From: the human T2T-CHM13v2.0 reference genome, Homo sapiens
Reading direction: 5' to 3' (one strand)
Assembly: GCF_009914755.1 (NCBI RefSeq)
Contig: NC_060932.1
Length of the DNA stretch: 64,000 nucleotides
The notes below the pieces were generated by a model. The model made no database searches. It worked only from the letters and a program-made list of their open reading frames with translations, and was not told where the DNA came from. This document shows positions 44,501 through 64,000 of this stretch, in pieces. Each line of letters starts with the position of its first letter. Within the stretch, counting starts at the first letter, position 1. A program made the position numbers and the translations under genes.

Positions 44501-46729
44501 TAAAGAAACTTACATTTAAAATAAAACTAGAATAGTAGACATACTATGTGCAAATGCCATAAATTGACATCCAGTCTGCCAACATAAGGATTCTATACAT
44601 TTTTCTTGTGTACTTTCTGTAAGTCCTAAACATTTTCCTTCACAGTGCCTTCTCATATCAAGCAGAGGTTTGTGGTTATTTCTCTTCCCTGACTTCAATA
44701 TTACATTGACATCAAATCATCACTCAACTGATTTTAAGATGAAAGACCACTGGTTTGGAGGACTAAGATTTATAATGCAGCAGGTGTTATAAACTGCTGA
44801 CTGTCTTAAATATAAGGAGTGACTCTGGCCCAGAGAAATTCCTGGGGAGGCTGGGTCTCTTTTTATTGCTTCTCCCGTATGTAGGTGGGACAGTTCTCAG
44901 GAGGGATTGGGTCATTGTTCTGTGTACAAAAGTTGCTGGAGGCAGAGGTAGAAATTTGCCGTCTTGCACAGGGAGATGTGACAGAGAATTTTAGGCCATA
45001 GCCCAGTCCAGCCAGCTGTAGCTCAGTGTTGCTGATAGCGAGCCTAGTTCCTCTCTGGAGTCACATTGGTCAGAATAACCTGACACTGGGAAAGGAGTTA
45101 TTCTAATGCATACTTATTGCTTCCTATTAATACCGTATGTAGCATCTCTGCAATTTTATTGCATTAACTGGAGAATGAGAAAGTGTTAGCTGCTGCTGGA
45201 TATTGTCCGGAGTTAGAGAAGCTGCCATTATATTCCCCTCATGACTCGCCGCTGGCCCCTGCTGTCGAAGCTTCGCTGTGGCTTCACTCTCAGGGCGTGT
45301 ATCTGCCATCACTGCCTGCATGCTGATAGCCTGGGACACACTATTGCACACCAAGCGCCTTTGAGCAGGCACTTGTCTCACTTTTCTCAAATGCTGAGTT
45401 GAAGGGGTGTCCACGCCTTTTTCCTCATTGAGCCAGTAGTCTCTTGGTTACTTGTATGCAGTAGTTATCGAGAGTGAAATGCTGACTTCTGCTTTGACAG
45501 ACTAGAGTAAGGGACCCACGGAAGTCATGAGCAATGACCCCTGAGAAGCCTTCCAGCTCTGGAGCGCTCCAAATCATCCTCCTTTTCCCTCGAGTGGAAA
45601 AGTAGGTTTTGTTATCACGAAGTGAATGTAGCCGGCTCAAAATAGGCAAGACTGCCACCTACTGACCAAATGGGAACATTCCTCAGGGAATTTCTAGGTT
45701 TGATCTTTGCCCTACAATTAATTGGGATAATTAGTTATTCATGAATTTATAATTCAACAAACCTGAAATACACACAGGACACAATGCTGGACACTGGAGA
45801 TAATAAACAAAAATTTTTTTTTTGAGACGGAGTCTCGCTCTGTCGCCCAGGCTGGAGTGCAATGGCACCATCTCAGCTCACTGCAACCTCCACCTCCGGG
45901 TTGAAGTGATTCTCTGGCCTCATCCTCTTGAGTAGCTGGGATTACAGATGCACGCCACCACGCCTGGCTAATTTTTGTATTTTTGTAGAGACAGGGTTTC
46001 ACCATGTTGGCTAGGCTCCTCTCAAACTTCTGACCTCATGATCAGCCCACCTTGGCCTCCCAAAGTGCTGGGGTTACAGGAGTGAGCCACCGCACCCGGC
46101 CAGGAGATATTAAAATTAGAAAGGTAGAGTTATTGCCCCATGGGCATACAGAGACCAGGAGAAGGGAACAGGTAATTAAGGGAACAAATCATTAAAATAC
46201 AGTGTGGTGCTATGCTATAAGTAATCTGCCTCCCAACACTCTGGTTCACCTTCAATTTTAAAGGTATTGGAACCTAAATCTGGGTACCACAAACTCAAGT
46301 TCTTTATTGGGAGAAGTTGGTGACCAAAAAAAAAAAAAAAACAAAAAGAAAAAGCAACCAAACCAAAAGTAGTAACACTGCCTTTTACCGTGATGTTCAC
46401 TTGACCCTCTCAGAAACACTTTAAAGTTGGATACCATTATCTCTCTGTTTTTAGATGTCGACTTTCTTAAGTCTCCTAAACTTGCATTTATAGTACCTCC
46501 TCGCATCTTAAGAATACAGAATAGGCAAACTCTTAAAAAAGTCCCTTGCGACTATATATTATACATATGTATCTGAAAGCTGCATATTATTTAATAAAGA
46601 GAAGCCCAAAGAGGTGTGCACTCACAAGCTAGCAAGGTAGCAAAGTGGTTTAAAGTAAGAGTTTTGGAATGACTTGGTCCTGGGTTTATGTTCCAAGTTG
46701 GCCACTTACCAAAGAGGGCTATTAACACG

Positions 46730-48040
<1,311 letters not shown>

Positions 48041-48115
48041 TAGGCCGGGCGTGTTGGCTTACGCCTGTAACCCCAGCACTTTGGGAGGCCGAGATGGGTG
48101 GATTACCTGAGGTCA

Positions 48116-48418
<303 letters not shown>

Positions 48419-48577
48419 TCATCTCAAGTAATCCCTTGTAGAAAGGGAGAAAATGAGTTTGATTTATGGATTGTTAGCATCTAAAATGATCTTTACACAT
48501 AATAAAAACTTTCTAATTCTTTTTAGGCAATTAGGCTTAATAGTCAAACTCACTAAAATGTGCTACATATATAAAAA

Positions 48578-48745
48578 CTAAGTCCATGCTACTCAGAGTG
48601 GTTTATGAACCAGCAGCATTGGCACCTCCTGGGAGCTTGTTAGCAGTTAGATTTTCAGTTCTCACCCTTCAATTTCTGAACGAGGTTCTGCTTTTTAACA
48701 AGATCCCCAGATGATTTCTGTGCACATAAAAGGTTGAAAAACTGA
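48578..48745. mobile_element. MER5A (hAT-Charlie) MITE
   Basis: ccagcagcatt...cctgggagcttgttag...ttttaacaagatccccagatgatt. Confidence 0.75.
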
Positions 48746-48967
48746 TAGAAGTTAAGGAGCCTATATTATCATTGCAGTACCACATCTTGAACAATAGGTG
48801 GAGCTATTTCTTCAAATTTTGGCTACTTCTTAAGGGTGTTTAGAACAGCCGCTGTAAGTTGTTTTGCAATTCTTTTTTTCCCATTGACATGACATTTTGC
48901 TATTTAAAGGAAGAGAAAACACACGCCTGTAATCCCAGCCCTTTGGGAGGCCGAGGCGGGTGGATCA

Positions 48968-49218
<251 letters not shown>

Positions 49219-51426
49219 TTATATCTGATGAATGATTGTGGAAAAGAAAATTTAAAAATTTCTCTATTAAAGTCTAAAAAGTTTTAGAAAGACTCAAACA
49301 ATTATTTTAAAAGTCCAGGTAAATATTGAAGAATGAGATCACATTACTTGTATTGTAGATTGTGATGCAGCTGCAATAAAACTAAGTAAATTAAGTTGAA
49401 AAACTTTTGCTTTAATCTATGGACATGATGTGTGTGTGTGTGTGTATACTTTATTTCAGGAAGTACGCTCACTAAAGAAATGTGAAAAATATAACAACAA
49501 GGATGGCGTCATGTTATAATGACATAAATAAACGATGTTGAATTTTTAACCCATTAAACATGATCATCAAAGACATCTAGTCAAGGTCATGGTAAAAATG
49601 AACTTCCTGCTTCTTTACTTTAGAATAAACAAAGAAATCTATAAATTGAGACTTCAAGCTTACAGCTACGGGAACTCCAAGGCGAGAGGCTAAGTGACAG
49701 GAGGGAGAACTGGCCGCAGCTGCTCGCCCTGCACTTCTGGGCTGCACCAAATCGCCACAGGCCTCACCCTCCTGGCTTTGTCTCCACACAGTGACAGCCC
49801 ACTGACTCTTTTCATGAAGGGCGAAACACAGTAAGCGTTCCTTGAAGCACTTTTATCCCCTCTGCCTGAAGGTTTTGAGAGCAGGCTTCTGGGAGAGGGT
49901 CCCAGCTTGTGTTGGGCCTAATGACCTTGGGAATTGGAGTTCCCTTTTTTTCCACTGCACCAGCTTATGTGCTCATGGTCCTCTTCAGTCTGAGTGGATG
50001 TCCACCTGTTAGGTTACTGCTGTAAGGTGCAAAGACTGTGGATGGATGAAACACCCCAAAAGGGAAATGAGAAATCTGAAAAAGTAGTCCATAAGCATAC
50101 GGAGTCTGCACAACCTTACCAAGAATGAAATCATAATTGCAGAATCCAGTGTCAGCGAGAATATGTGGAACTGGGTACCCTCTTACACCATCGTTGGGAC
50201 TATACTTGGCATATCCTTTTTGAGGGCAACTTTACAGTGTTTGTCAAAGTAAAAAGTCCTTATATTTTGGCCCAAAACCATGTTCTAAGCTAACAATTGT
50301 TTTCTAAGGTTGGAAGCCTGACAAAATGGCCTGCAAATGGGGAGAGTTGGCAAGTGCCCCAAACTACTGCTGCTCCCTGTGCACCTGCCGCCTGGGTCTA
50401 TGCTATTCATTCTCATTTTAGTTAATTATTATTATTATTATTATTTTGAGATGGAGTCTCACTCTGTTGCCCAGGCTGGAGAGCAATGGCGCGATCTCGC
50501 TCACTGCAACCTCTGCCTCCTGGATTCAAGTGATTCTCCTGCCTCAGCCTCTCGAGTAGCTGGGATTACAGGCACGTGCCACCACACCAGGCTAATTTTT
50601 GTATTTTTATTAGAGACGGGGTTTCACCATGTTGGCCAGGCTGGTCTTGAACTCTGAACTCAAGTGATCTGCCCTGCTCGGCCTCCCAAAGTGCTGGGAT
50701 TACAGGCGTGAGCCACCGTGCCTGGCCATTTTAGTTGATTCTAATTGGAAATCAGTCACAGACATTGGCAGCTCAAGAGATAACTTTTTTTTTTCTTTTT
50801 TTTCCCTCGTGATGCAACAGTATTTTCTTTTCTTTTAAAATTGAGACGGGGTCTTGCTATGTTGCCCAGGCTGGTCTTGAACTTCTGTGCTCAAGCAATC
50901 CTCCTGCCTTAGCTTTCTGAGTAGCTGGGATTATAGGCATGTGCCACTGCACCCAGTTATTTATTCTCATTTTATAGGTAAACCCAAAGAGAGCAGAACT
51001 TTGATCCCTGTAGCCAGTGAGTTGCCAAATCCGGATTTCAAATAGTCTTAGAAATACCAAATTACACTGAAAATAAATGCATGGATAAAGGAGTGATGGT
51101 GTTTAAGGGTTAAAATATTTTCTATTACTCAAAAAGGATTGTGAAATAAAGGCTTTTCCAGTTGAGCAGAGCACCAGCCTGGGCCAGCTGAGCCACACTG
51201 CCTTCTGTGGCTTCTGATTACTCATGCAGCAGGAACTGGGAGAGGGTGTCCTGGTCTTTGTTCCCACTCCCTATTCTGACAGCTCCTCCATGGGGAGAAT
51301 CTTTTCCATCTCTAAATGAACTCTTGCAGGGCGAGGACTGTGTATTGGGTGTCAAGGTCAGAAGCAGAATCCAGTGTTCCAAATCATAACACAAAGAAAA
51401 CCAACAAGGCTGTTTTTAGTTCCTAA

Positions 51427-51819
<393 letters not shown>

Positions 51820-52359
51820 TGAACCATAAGGAATATCTCTGTGTGCTGTGACTTCTTTGAGCTGGTCTGAATCCTAGCTATGTGGTTATGTACATTTCAT
51901 TTTCATCAACAGGACAGCCTGGCTGTCTGGCAAAACTAAAGAAAGATTATTTTGCTTATCTATTCCTCTCCCTCATAGCCCTCCCCAAATTATAAAATAC
52001 TTTTGAAAGCATGTAAATGGTGTAGTAGTTGAGCTCATTTTCCTTATCTTGCAGGTATGCATAAGCCCTGCTCAATCTACAAAACAAAACGAAAATCTCA
52101 ACTTTATAAAACACTAATAATTTACTACAGTATTTCTTCAAACACACACACATAACTGACATTTATTGAGTGCTTTCTGTGTGCCAGGCCTAGGTCTAAG
52201 TTCTTTATGTAAATTAACTCACCCCTCGCAGCCCTCTTCCTGGGGCTGGTAGGAATGCCTGTCTGTGGTCGGTGCTGAGATGGGGCTCAGCCCCAGTGAG
52301 CATCTTGTGATCCTCCTAGGTGATCAGATGGCCGTCAGCCCCATGGTCATCCTTGTCCA

Positions 52360-53315
52360 TGATGCACACACTTAGTTGTCTTCTTGTTGGCATAAAAGGA
52401 TGCCAGTCTCCGCTGTTTCAGACAACAACCCCAGAAGGATCATTTGGAAGGGACTGTGGCTGTGTTCTGAAAGCTTCTTGACACCCCAGGTAAGGTCAAG
52501 AAAACAGCACACCAAAACTTGCAAAAGAGGTGTCTGAGGCTTGATGAAGGTCCAGGAGAAAATGCTGCCGGTGTCCTGATGGCACAGAGCAAAGACCTTT
52601 GAGTGGAAACTCATGGACCACAATGAACAGGCCGCAGGTGGTAGAATTTGGAATGCTGGATTCTGCTTCTGACCTTGACACCTAATACACGGTTCTCGCC
52701 CTTTGATACTTGGACTCTGAATTGAAAAAGATCTAGAACTATCCTAACTGGTTTTAAAAATTATATGCTCCTTTGTGTGTGTGTGTATAAGAATGACATG
52801 ATGAAAACCTGTATCTAAATAAAGTCTAATTAAGGCTTTTTTGTTTTTCTTCCTTTTTTTTTTTTTTTTTTTTTTTTTAAGATAGAGTCTTGCTCTGTTG
52901 TCCAGGCTGGAGTGCAGTGGTATGATCTCGGCTCACTGCAGCCTCAACCTCCTGGGCTCAGGTGATCTTCCTACCTCAGCCTCTTGAGTAGCTGGGATTA
53001 CAGGTGTGCACTACCACACCCAGCTACTTTTTGTATTTTTAGTAGAGACGGGGGTTTCACCAAGTTGGCCAGGCTGGTCTTGAACTTCTGACTTCAAGTG
53101 ATCTGCCTGCCTCGGCCTCCCAAAGTGCTAGGACTACAGGTGTGAGCCACTGTGCCCCGCCTAATTAAGGATTTTTAATGATATATAAGATAAAAATTTG
53201 AAGCGATGTGAAAGCATGTGTCATAGTTTAACTGGCAGTGTTTTTCTTCTTAGTGGCTTATAAAGTATTAGTACATCATAAAATTGACAGCACTTTAGAT
53301 TTGTTGAAATATGGC
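52360..53315 (+). mobile_element. Kanga1-like (Tc2/pogo) DNA transposon with decayed DDE transposase 3' end, containing an Alu (~52835-53161); sits between two MIR halves (~52160-52235 and ~53330-53415)
   Basis: Resembles the recalled Kanga1 consensus (ttagttgt...aaggatcatttg...ggtaaggtcaagaaa...aaaacttgca...tgatggcacagag; terminus ttagatttgttgaaatatgg). Confidence 0.65.
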
Positions 53316-53490
53316 ATTTTAAAAGGTTAATTTTGGAGATGAGGAAACTGAGGCACAGAGAGGTTAATAAACTTGCTCAAGGTTGCACAGCTATTCACAG
53401 TAAGTGATAGAACTAAGAAGTGAAGGCTGGGCACGGTGGCTCACGCCTGTAATCCCAGCAGGCCTTTGGGAGGCCAAGGCGGGCGGATCA

Positions 53491-55350
<1,860 letters not shown>

Positions 55351-55558
55351 ACTGTGATGAATCCAGTCCGGGCTCTGTCATGGGTGGTGCCAAAGATGTG
55401 TGTAACTCTGTTTCCTGCTTATAGCACTGGTCTCCTACTCGACCCCTAGGGGAGAGAGGGCCTGTGGGGCTGTAGGGAACAGGAATGGCCCTGGGAGGGC
55501 AGCTGCCTGCTCCAACTGCAGCTGGTCCTAGCTGCCGTGACCTTTTTTTTTTTTTTAA

Positions 55559-55870
<312 letters not shown>

Positions 55871-56101
55871 TAAGGGCTCTAGACCCCCCACGGTGGTGTG
55901 TGTGTGAGAGAACCCATACATAGACACATACATACACACACACACACAGGCACACACACACGAACCTGGGAAAACTCAAGTCTAACCAAAGCATTAGGTC
56001 CTGTTTTACAAAAGGGAGAGGAGCTTATTAGTTCCTTGGGGAGACTGATCATATGAATGGGAAACATTGACCAAAGGGGACAAGTGAAAGTCATGAGGTC
56101 A

Positions 56102-56511
<410 letters not shown>

Positions 56512-56519
56512 CTATTTAA

Positions 56520-56891
<372 letters not shown>

Positions 56892-57263
56892 TAGTAGAGA
56901 CTGGGTTTCACCATGTTGGCCAGACTGGTCTCGATCTCCTGACCTCGTGATCCGCCTGCCTCGGACTTCCAAAGTGCTGGGATTACAGGCATGAGCCACC
57001 GCGCCCAACCTGGCTTCTCTCTTCAATGACTTTCTTCCAAATGGTGCCTTTTGTAACGGCTGTTGGAGAAGTAAAGGGCTGAGTGCATCTGGCTTCCCGC
57101 GGGGTCCTGTGACTGAGAAGTCCATGTGCTGGGGAGGGAGCAAAGCCTCACTTTCTCTCAGACATCTTGCAAGGTGCCTCAAGAGGCTTAAGGGCCTTAT
57201 AATCATTTGGCAGCCTCATCCCTCACTTAGAACTGTGAATTGGCTTGCTTATTTGCCTTATAA

Positions 57264-57488
<225 letters not shown>

Positions 57489-58906
57489 TAGCCAGGATGG
57501 TCTTGATCTCCTGACCTCGTGATCTGCCCGCCTTGGCCTTCCAAAGTGCTGGGATTACAGGTGTGAACCACCACGCCCGGCCCCTAAAAAGCCCATATGT
57601 TTTCTTAAAATCATTTTCAGGTAAGCTTTTTCCATGGGTTTTCGTGATGATATAACATACTCAGAACCCATAGGCAAGTTCATTTTAAAAAAAGATGACC
57701 TCTTACAAACGGTTCTATTTCTTTCTCTGGCTATTTGGTGTCAAGATGACAAGTGGCTGGGAGGTGTGGGGTCTGTGTAGGAAGTCTCCCACATGGCCAC
57801 ACTGAGAATGTTTATTGTAGAAAGGGAACTTTTGCCCTGTGAAGTCACCTCCTCCGAGTCACCAGTAGCTTTCTGATATTCTATCACAGGAAATTCCTGG
57901 TGGTCCACAAAAGCAGTCTTCTGAGTGCAGCTGCAGAGAGAGACAGAAAATAATTGCTGAATTTGACAGTAAGGTCTGGGGATCTGTGTTCAGGGGTGGC
58001 TAGCACCTGGGCTGTGTGAGCTGCAAACTGGGAGGCTCTTTGAACAATGTCAGAATAATCCAAGGAACAAAGGTCAACTGACCTCTCATTGTAATGCATG
58101 TAATGCAGAGAAAAAGGTACTGGAGGATGTCTTTTGTGTTTCAACAAGGTAGCTAGAAATTATATTTAGATTTGGTTGTTTTGAAGCTGTAGTAACTAAA
58201 CACCACCCTGCCCCATCTTACCTAGCACTTAATATTCATTATCAAAACGTCAGCTTAAAAGTTTGGATATGGCAGTGGCATGCTTGAAGTAACAGATTTT
58301 GAATGAAAAACCATCTTACATCTGTGATTTAAATGAAAAACAGTACACTGCAGATATTTCTGCATCAACTTCAAATCCCTGTGTGGCATAGGTCAAACCC
58401 CTTAATACGCTGGGCCTTAGTTGTCTTATCTGTAAATAAGGGAATTTCCTGAATCTTTACTCTTACAGATTTAAGATCCTGGCATTCTACGTTTTTCCAT
58501 GTCTCTACCTAGGGAGGAGCAGGCACCATCTGGCACCCTGACTGGGTGGGGGACCTGGACATTGTGTCTCCAGGCCATGTCCAGGACTTGTGGATTTCAC
58601 GGTGCAAGCATTCTTTCCCTAGAGTATCTGCTGCTCTGACTTTGTATTATAAGAATTAGAATGAACAGTGCAGTCTGAAAGATCAGTAGAGGTTGAAATA
58701 GAGATTGACTTCTCTAAAATAATGATAATTCTTCATCTGAGATTGTTTGTAGGCTTTTAAAAATCCATTTCAATAGATTTTTTTTTTCTGGAGTCCCATG
58801 CAACAAATCTAGGCTTTGAGTTAAATCTTCAATGTTTTCTATCGATAGTTTTTTTTTTTTTTTGAGTGCCTTTAATGCACCAAGTTGCTTGTGTGAGTTG
58901 GTCCAC

Positions 58907-59310
58907 TGACAGAGGGTCTCTCCCTGACCAACTCAGCCTCCTCTGGTTCCTATTCCTGACGAGGCCTTGACTTTTGGACTTTTTGTCCATTTTTGCATTG
59001 CTCAGCTTTAGAGAGAATACCTTAAAGTTGGTTTAGCCAGAATCCCCCAGCATCGATATCTGGTCACCGTTGATATCTAATCATTCTCAGTATCTCATCA
59101 GCTTCCTCACGCCCTACTGTCCCATTGATGTCTGATCACCCTGGCCCGCCTTCAGCCAGAATCCTTTCATGTTGGTTCAGCCAGATTCCCTCTTACCTCT
59201 GATATTTCCTCTTAATAATTTTCCATCCACTGACCCTCACCCTGGTCCTTGGCTATAAAATCCTCACTTTCTCTTGCTGTGTTCGGAGTTGAGCACAGTT
59301 CTATTTAACT
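58907..59310 (+). mobile_element. MER31-type ERV1 LTR
   Basis: tgacagag...gtttagccagaatccccc...gatgtctgatcaccctggcc...ccttggctataaa...gttcggagttgagc. Confidence 0.7.
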
Positions 59311-59939
59311 ATTGTCCAGCTCTGGTCTTCAGTGAACCACCATGAGGGCAACAGCCTCATCTGATGTTTTAGAACTGCTGCAGTGGGATTAGCCTGAAGA
59401 ATCCTTCTATGTCCCCGTTATTCTCTCTGCAGTAAGGTGGGAGGCCCAGGAGGGGCATGAATTCACAGGGGCCAAGGCAGTGATGAAATTGGGAAGAGAG
59501 ATTCAATAGTCTTTGTGGCCTTCTGTTGGCAGCCTGTGTGTTCTAGCCATACAACTGGCGGCTGCTGCATACCTCCCACCAGCCACAACAATTCATGGAA
59601 ATTAATAAATGCATTTATTGGGAGAGGTCATGGGTAAAACAGGAAAATCAGTCCCCCAGCTTCCCAGACAAATACTCTAGAATTGAGTTTCAATAGAAAC
59701 CAACAGCCTCTTTCACAGCACTGCGTATTTATAGCAAACAGAAGTGGTTCAAATTCTTATGTAGTTCAGCAAGGTTAAGTACAGTTCTTGTGTTTGTTTA
59801 GGTAACAAATGTGTTTGGAGGAGGTTTATGTCACAAAATAGCAAGTGCTAGAAATTCTGGGATGTGAGAAGACTAAGTCAATGAGCCTGATTATCCTTCT
59901 CTCGGACTGCAGTCATAGAAAACAATCTTTTTTTGCTTA

Positions 59940-61520
<1,581 letters not shown>

Positions 61521-62021
61521 AGAAGAATTGACACTTGGGTAGGGGGGTAATAAGACATTATGATGCCCTTACTAGGACTGCTGCAACTCCCACTTGCCTT
61601 TTCTCCCTCTCACCAGATCCCTGTTCCAGGCAGTCAAAGGGAGGCCTTGTCCATCTGGGCTGTGAGATAGGAAGGGAGCTGTTTCTCTACTCCTTCCTCT
61701 TACTTGTCTGATTTCCACAGACAGAAAAGAGGCCAACAACAAAAAATCCTTCAGGCTGTTTTTAGTTACAGAGAAAAGAAAAAGATAATCTACACATTGA
61801 AAAAATTACATACTTTTTATTGTACCTTTCTCTCCAGAGCTTTAGAGATATTTTTAGTACCTCAAATAATCTTTTTATAAATTATAAATATTTCTGTATT
61901 AGAAATTGACACTACCTATGATACTCTGCTTAGTTCCTTTCCTTTTACATATTTAAAATACTCATATATATATATAGAATGTCTGTGAGCACATTATTCT
62001 AAATAGACTTATTCTAAATAA

Positions 62022-62231
<210 letters not shown>

Positions 62232-62719
62232 TAAAATTTTGTATTTTTGGTAGAGACAGAGTTTTGCCATGTTGGCCAGGCTGGACTCGAACTCCTAGAC
62301 TTAAGTGATGGCCTGCCAGAGCCTCCCAAAGTGCTGGGATTACAGGTGTGAGCCACCACGCCTGCTTTGTTCTTTGTAATAGAATTTCTTTTTTTCTTTT
62401 TCTTTTTTTTTTTTTTTTTGAGATGGGAGTCTTACTCTGTCATCCAGGCTGCAGTGGCACGATCTTGGGGCTCACTGCAACCTCTGCCTCCTGGGTTCAA
62501 GTGATTCTTCTGCCTCAGCCTCCCGAGTAGTTGGGATTACAGGTGCCCACCACCACACCCAGCTGCTTTTTTATTTATAGTAGAGATGGGGTTTTGGCAT
62601 GTTGGCTAGGCTGGTCTAGAACTCCTGACCTTAGGTGATCCGCCTGCCTCGGCCTCCCAAAGTGCTGGGATTACAGGTGTGAGTCACCATGCCCGGCCTT
62701 TAGTAGAATTTCTTATGGT

Positions 62720-62960
62720 ACCTTTTTTTTACATTAAAAAAAAGTTTGTGGGTATATAGTAAGTGTACATATTTATGGGGCGCATGAGATGTTTTGATAC
62801 AGGCATGTAATGTGCATTTATCCTTTGAGCTGCACATAACCAATTACATTCTTTAAGTTATTTTAAAATATACAATTAAGCTATTACTGAAACTAGTCAC
62901 CCTATTGTGCTATCAAATAGTAGGTCTTATTATTCTTTCTATTTCTTTTGGTACCCATTT
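62720..62960 (-). mobile_element. L1MA-type 3' end fragment
   Basis: atatttatggggcgcatgagatgttttgatacaggcatg...tagtcaccctattgtgctatcaaata. Confidence 0.75.
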
Positions 62961-63289
62961 TATGGAATCCTTTTGTTAACCATAGCTGGTTGTGGTGGCC
63001 ATGAGAAGGAATCTTTTAGGTTTTCTACTTGCAGAGAGTGTGGTTGAACACGGTTCTAGATGGCAAGTTCTGATATCTATCACTACGTGGATGCAGAGGA
63101 CACACTGCTCATGGCTGCTTCCAGAGAATGGTTGAATACAGCAGGTATCCTAAGATCTGTTCTTGGATGTCTCTAACAGGTCACTTTGGGTCTAGGACCC
63201 TCCATTACCCTTGCTGAAACTTTTTCAGAACATTCCGTAGTCTCCATACTCCAGCCATCCAACCTTCCTCCCCTCACAGAATGGGAGAC

Positions 63290-63587
63290 CGTGTTGCATG
63301 GGACACTGCCCTTGACTGCTCCTGGTGGATTGACTACACTGGATCCCTGACCCCTCTGAGGGCTATCAGTGGTACTTCACCACTGTGGACACTCCTTCAG
63401 GCTACAGCGTTATTGTTCTAGTCTGATCAGCCAACTCCTGTCAGACCACTGTAGCCTGTGAAACTGATCCATGTCATGTGTCTGGTTTTCTGGACCATTT
63501 GCATTCTGACAATGAGGAGCGTTTTTTCAAAGGGGAGTCAACCGTGGCCTGATAATCAAGGTATTTGATGGAGTTTTTATGTGTTCC
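63290..63587 (+). mobile_element. ERVL-class endogenous retrovirus internal fragment (integrase core remnant)
   Basis: Translates with frameshifts and stops to WWIDYTGSL...FTTVDTPSGY...SGFLDHLHSDNE, the rve WQxD, VDxxSG and SDNG motifs. Confidence 0.7.
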
Positions 63588-64000
63588 TGATATGGTTTGG
63601 ATGTTTGTCCCCTCCAAATCTTATGTTGACACGTAATCCCCGAAGTTGGAGGTAGGGTCTGGTGGGAAGTGTTTGGATCATGGGGGCAGATCCTTCATGA
63701 ATGGCTTGGTGCAATCCTTGCAGTAATGAGTGAGTTCTTGCTCCATGAGTTCATGCAAGATTTGAGTTTTTAAAAGGGCCTGGAGCTTCCTGCTATCTCT
63801 CTTGCTGTCTCTCACCATGTGATACATGGGCTCCCCCTTTGCCTTCGGCCATGTTTGTACGTTTCCTGAGTCCTCACCAGAAGCAGATGCTGATGCCATG
63901 CCTCTTATACAGCCTGCAGAACGACGAGCCAAATAAACCTCTTTTCTTTATAAATTACTCAGTTTCAGGTATTCTTTTGTAGCAACACAAATGGACCAGC
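63588..64000 (+). mobile_element. MSTA-type MaLR LTR running to the window end
   Basis: tgatatggtttggatgtttgtcccctccaaatct...aaataaacctcttttctttataaattac. Confidence 0.85.

Noticed and set aside
45010-45060. tRNA-like start (gctgtagctcagtg)
   Set aside because: No B-box/TPsiC arm or cloverleaf could be built
52372-52681. Protein-like - strand ORFs suggesting a processed pseudogene
   Set aside because: Better explained as the antisense of a decayed Kanga1/pogo transposase on the + strand; no poly(A) or TSD

Overview
Primate genomic DNA, very probably human, and extremely Alu-rich. The only intact protein-coding gene is MRPL15 (mitochondrial ribosomal protein uL15m). It is on the + strand with five coding exons between 14586 and 27022, which splice through GT-AG introns into an 891-nt, 296-aa ORF behind a CpG-island promoter. 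The rest is mostly transposable elements: a young SVA, an antisense HERV-W LTR17 just past the MRPL15 3' UTR, a MER41 solo LTR, a full-length THE1A provirus, MER31/MSTA/MLT1 LTRs, an ERVL integrase remnant, Kanga1/MER2/MER5A/MADE1 DNA-transposon relics, L1/L2/MIR fragments and dozens of Alus. Four observations are not explained by that annotation. (1) A phase-consistent four-exon structure on the - strand at 32164-33549 reads like a decayed immunoglobulin-superfamily receptor gene (leader, V-type Ig exon, 24-nt stalk micro-exon, TM-like exon), a candidate unitary pseudogene. (2) A perfect 16-bp TSD shows that the SVA insertion unit includes about 530 bp of foreign L2+AluJ sequence at its 5' end. 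(3) A 57-bp inverted copy of nearby unique sequence sits inside a Kanga1 transposase relic. (4) An orphan CpG-rich region at about 54 kb has a strong - strand splice donor. Repeat family names come from recalled consensus sequences, and no searches were run. I see no evidence of a wholly new functional system, so these are leads rather than proofs.
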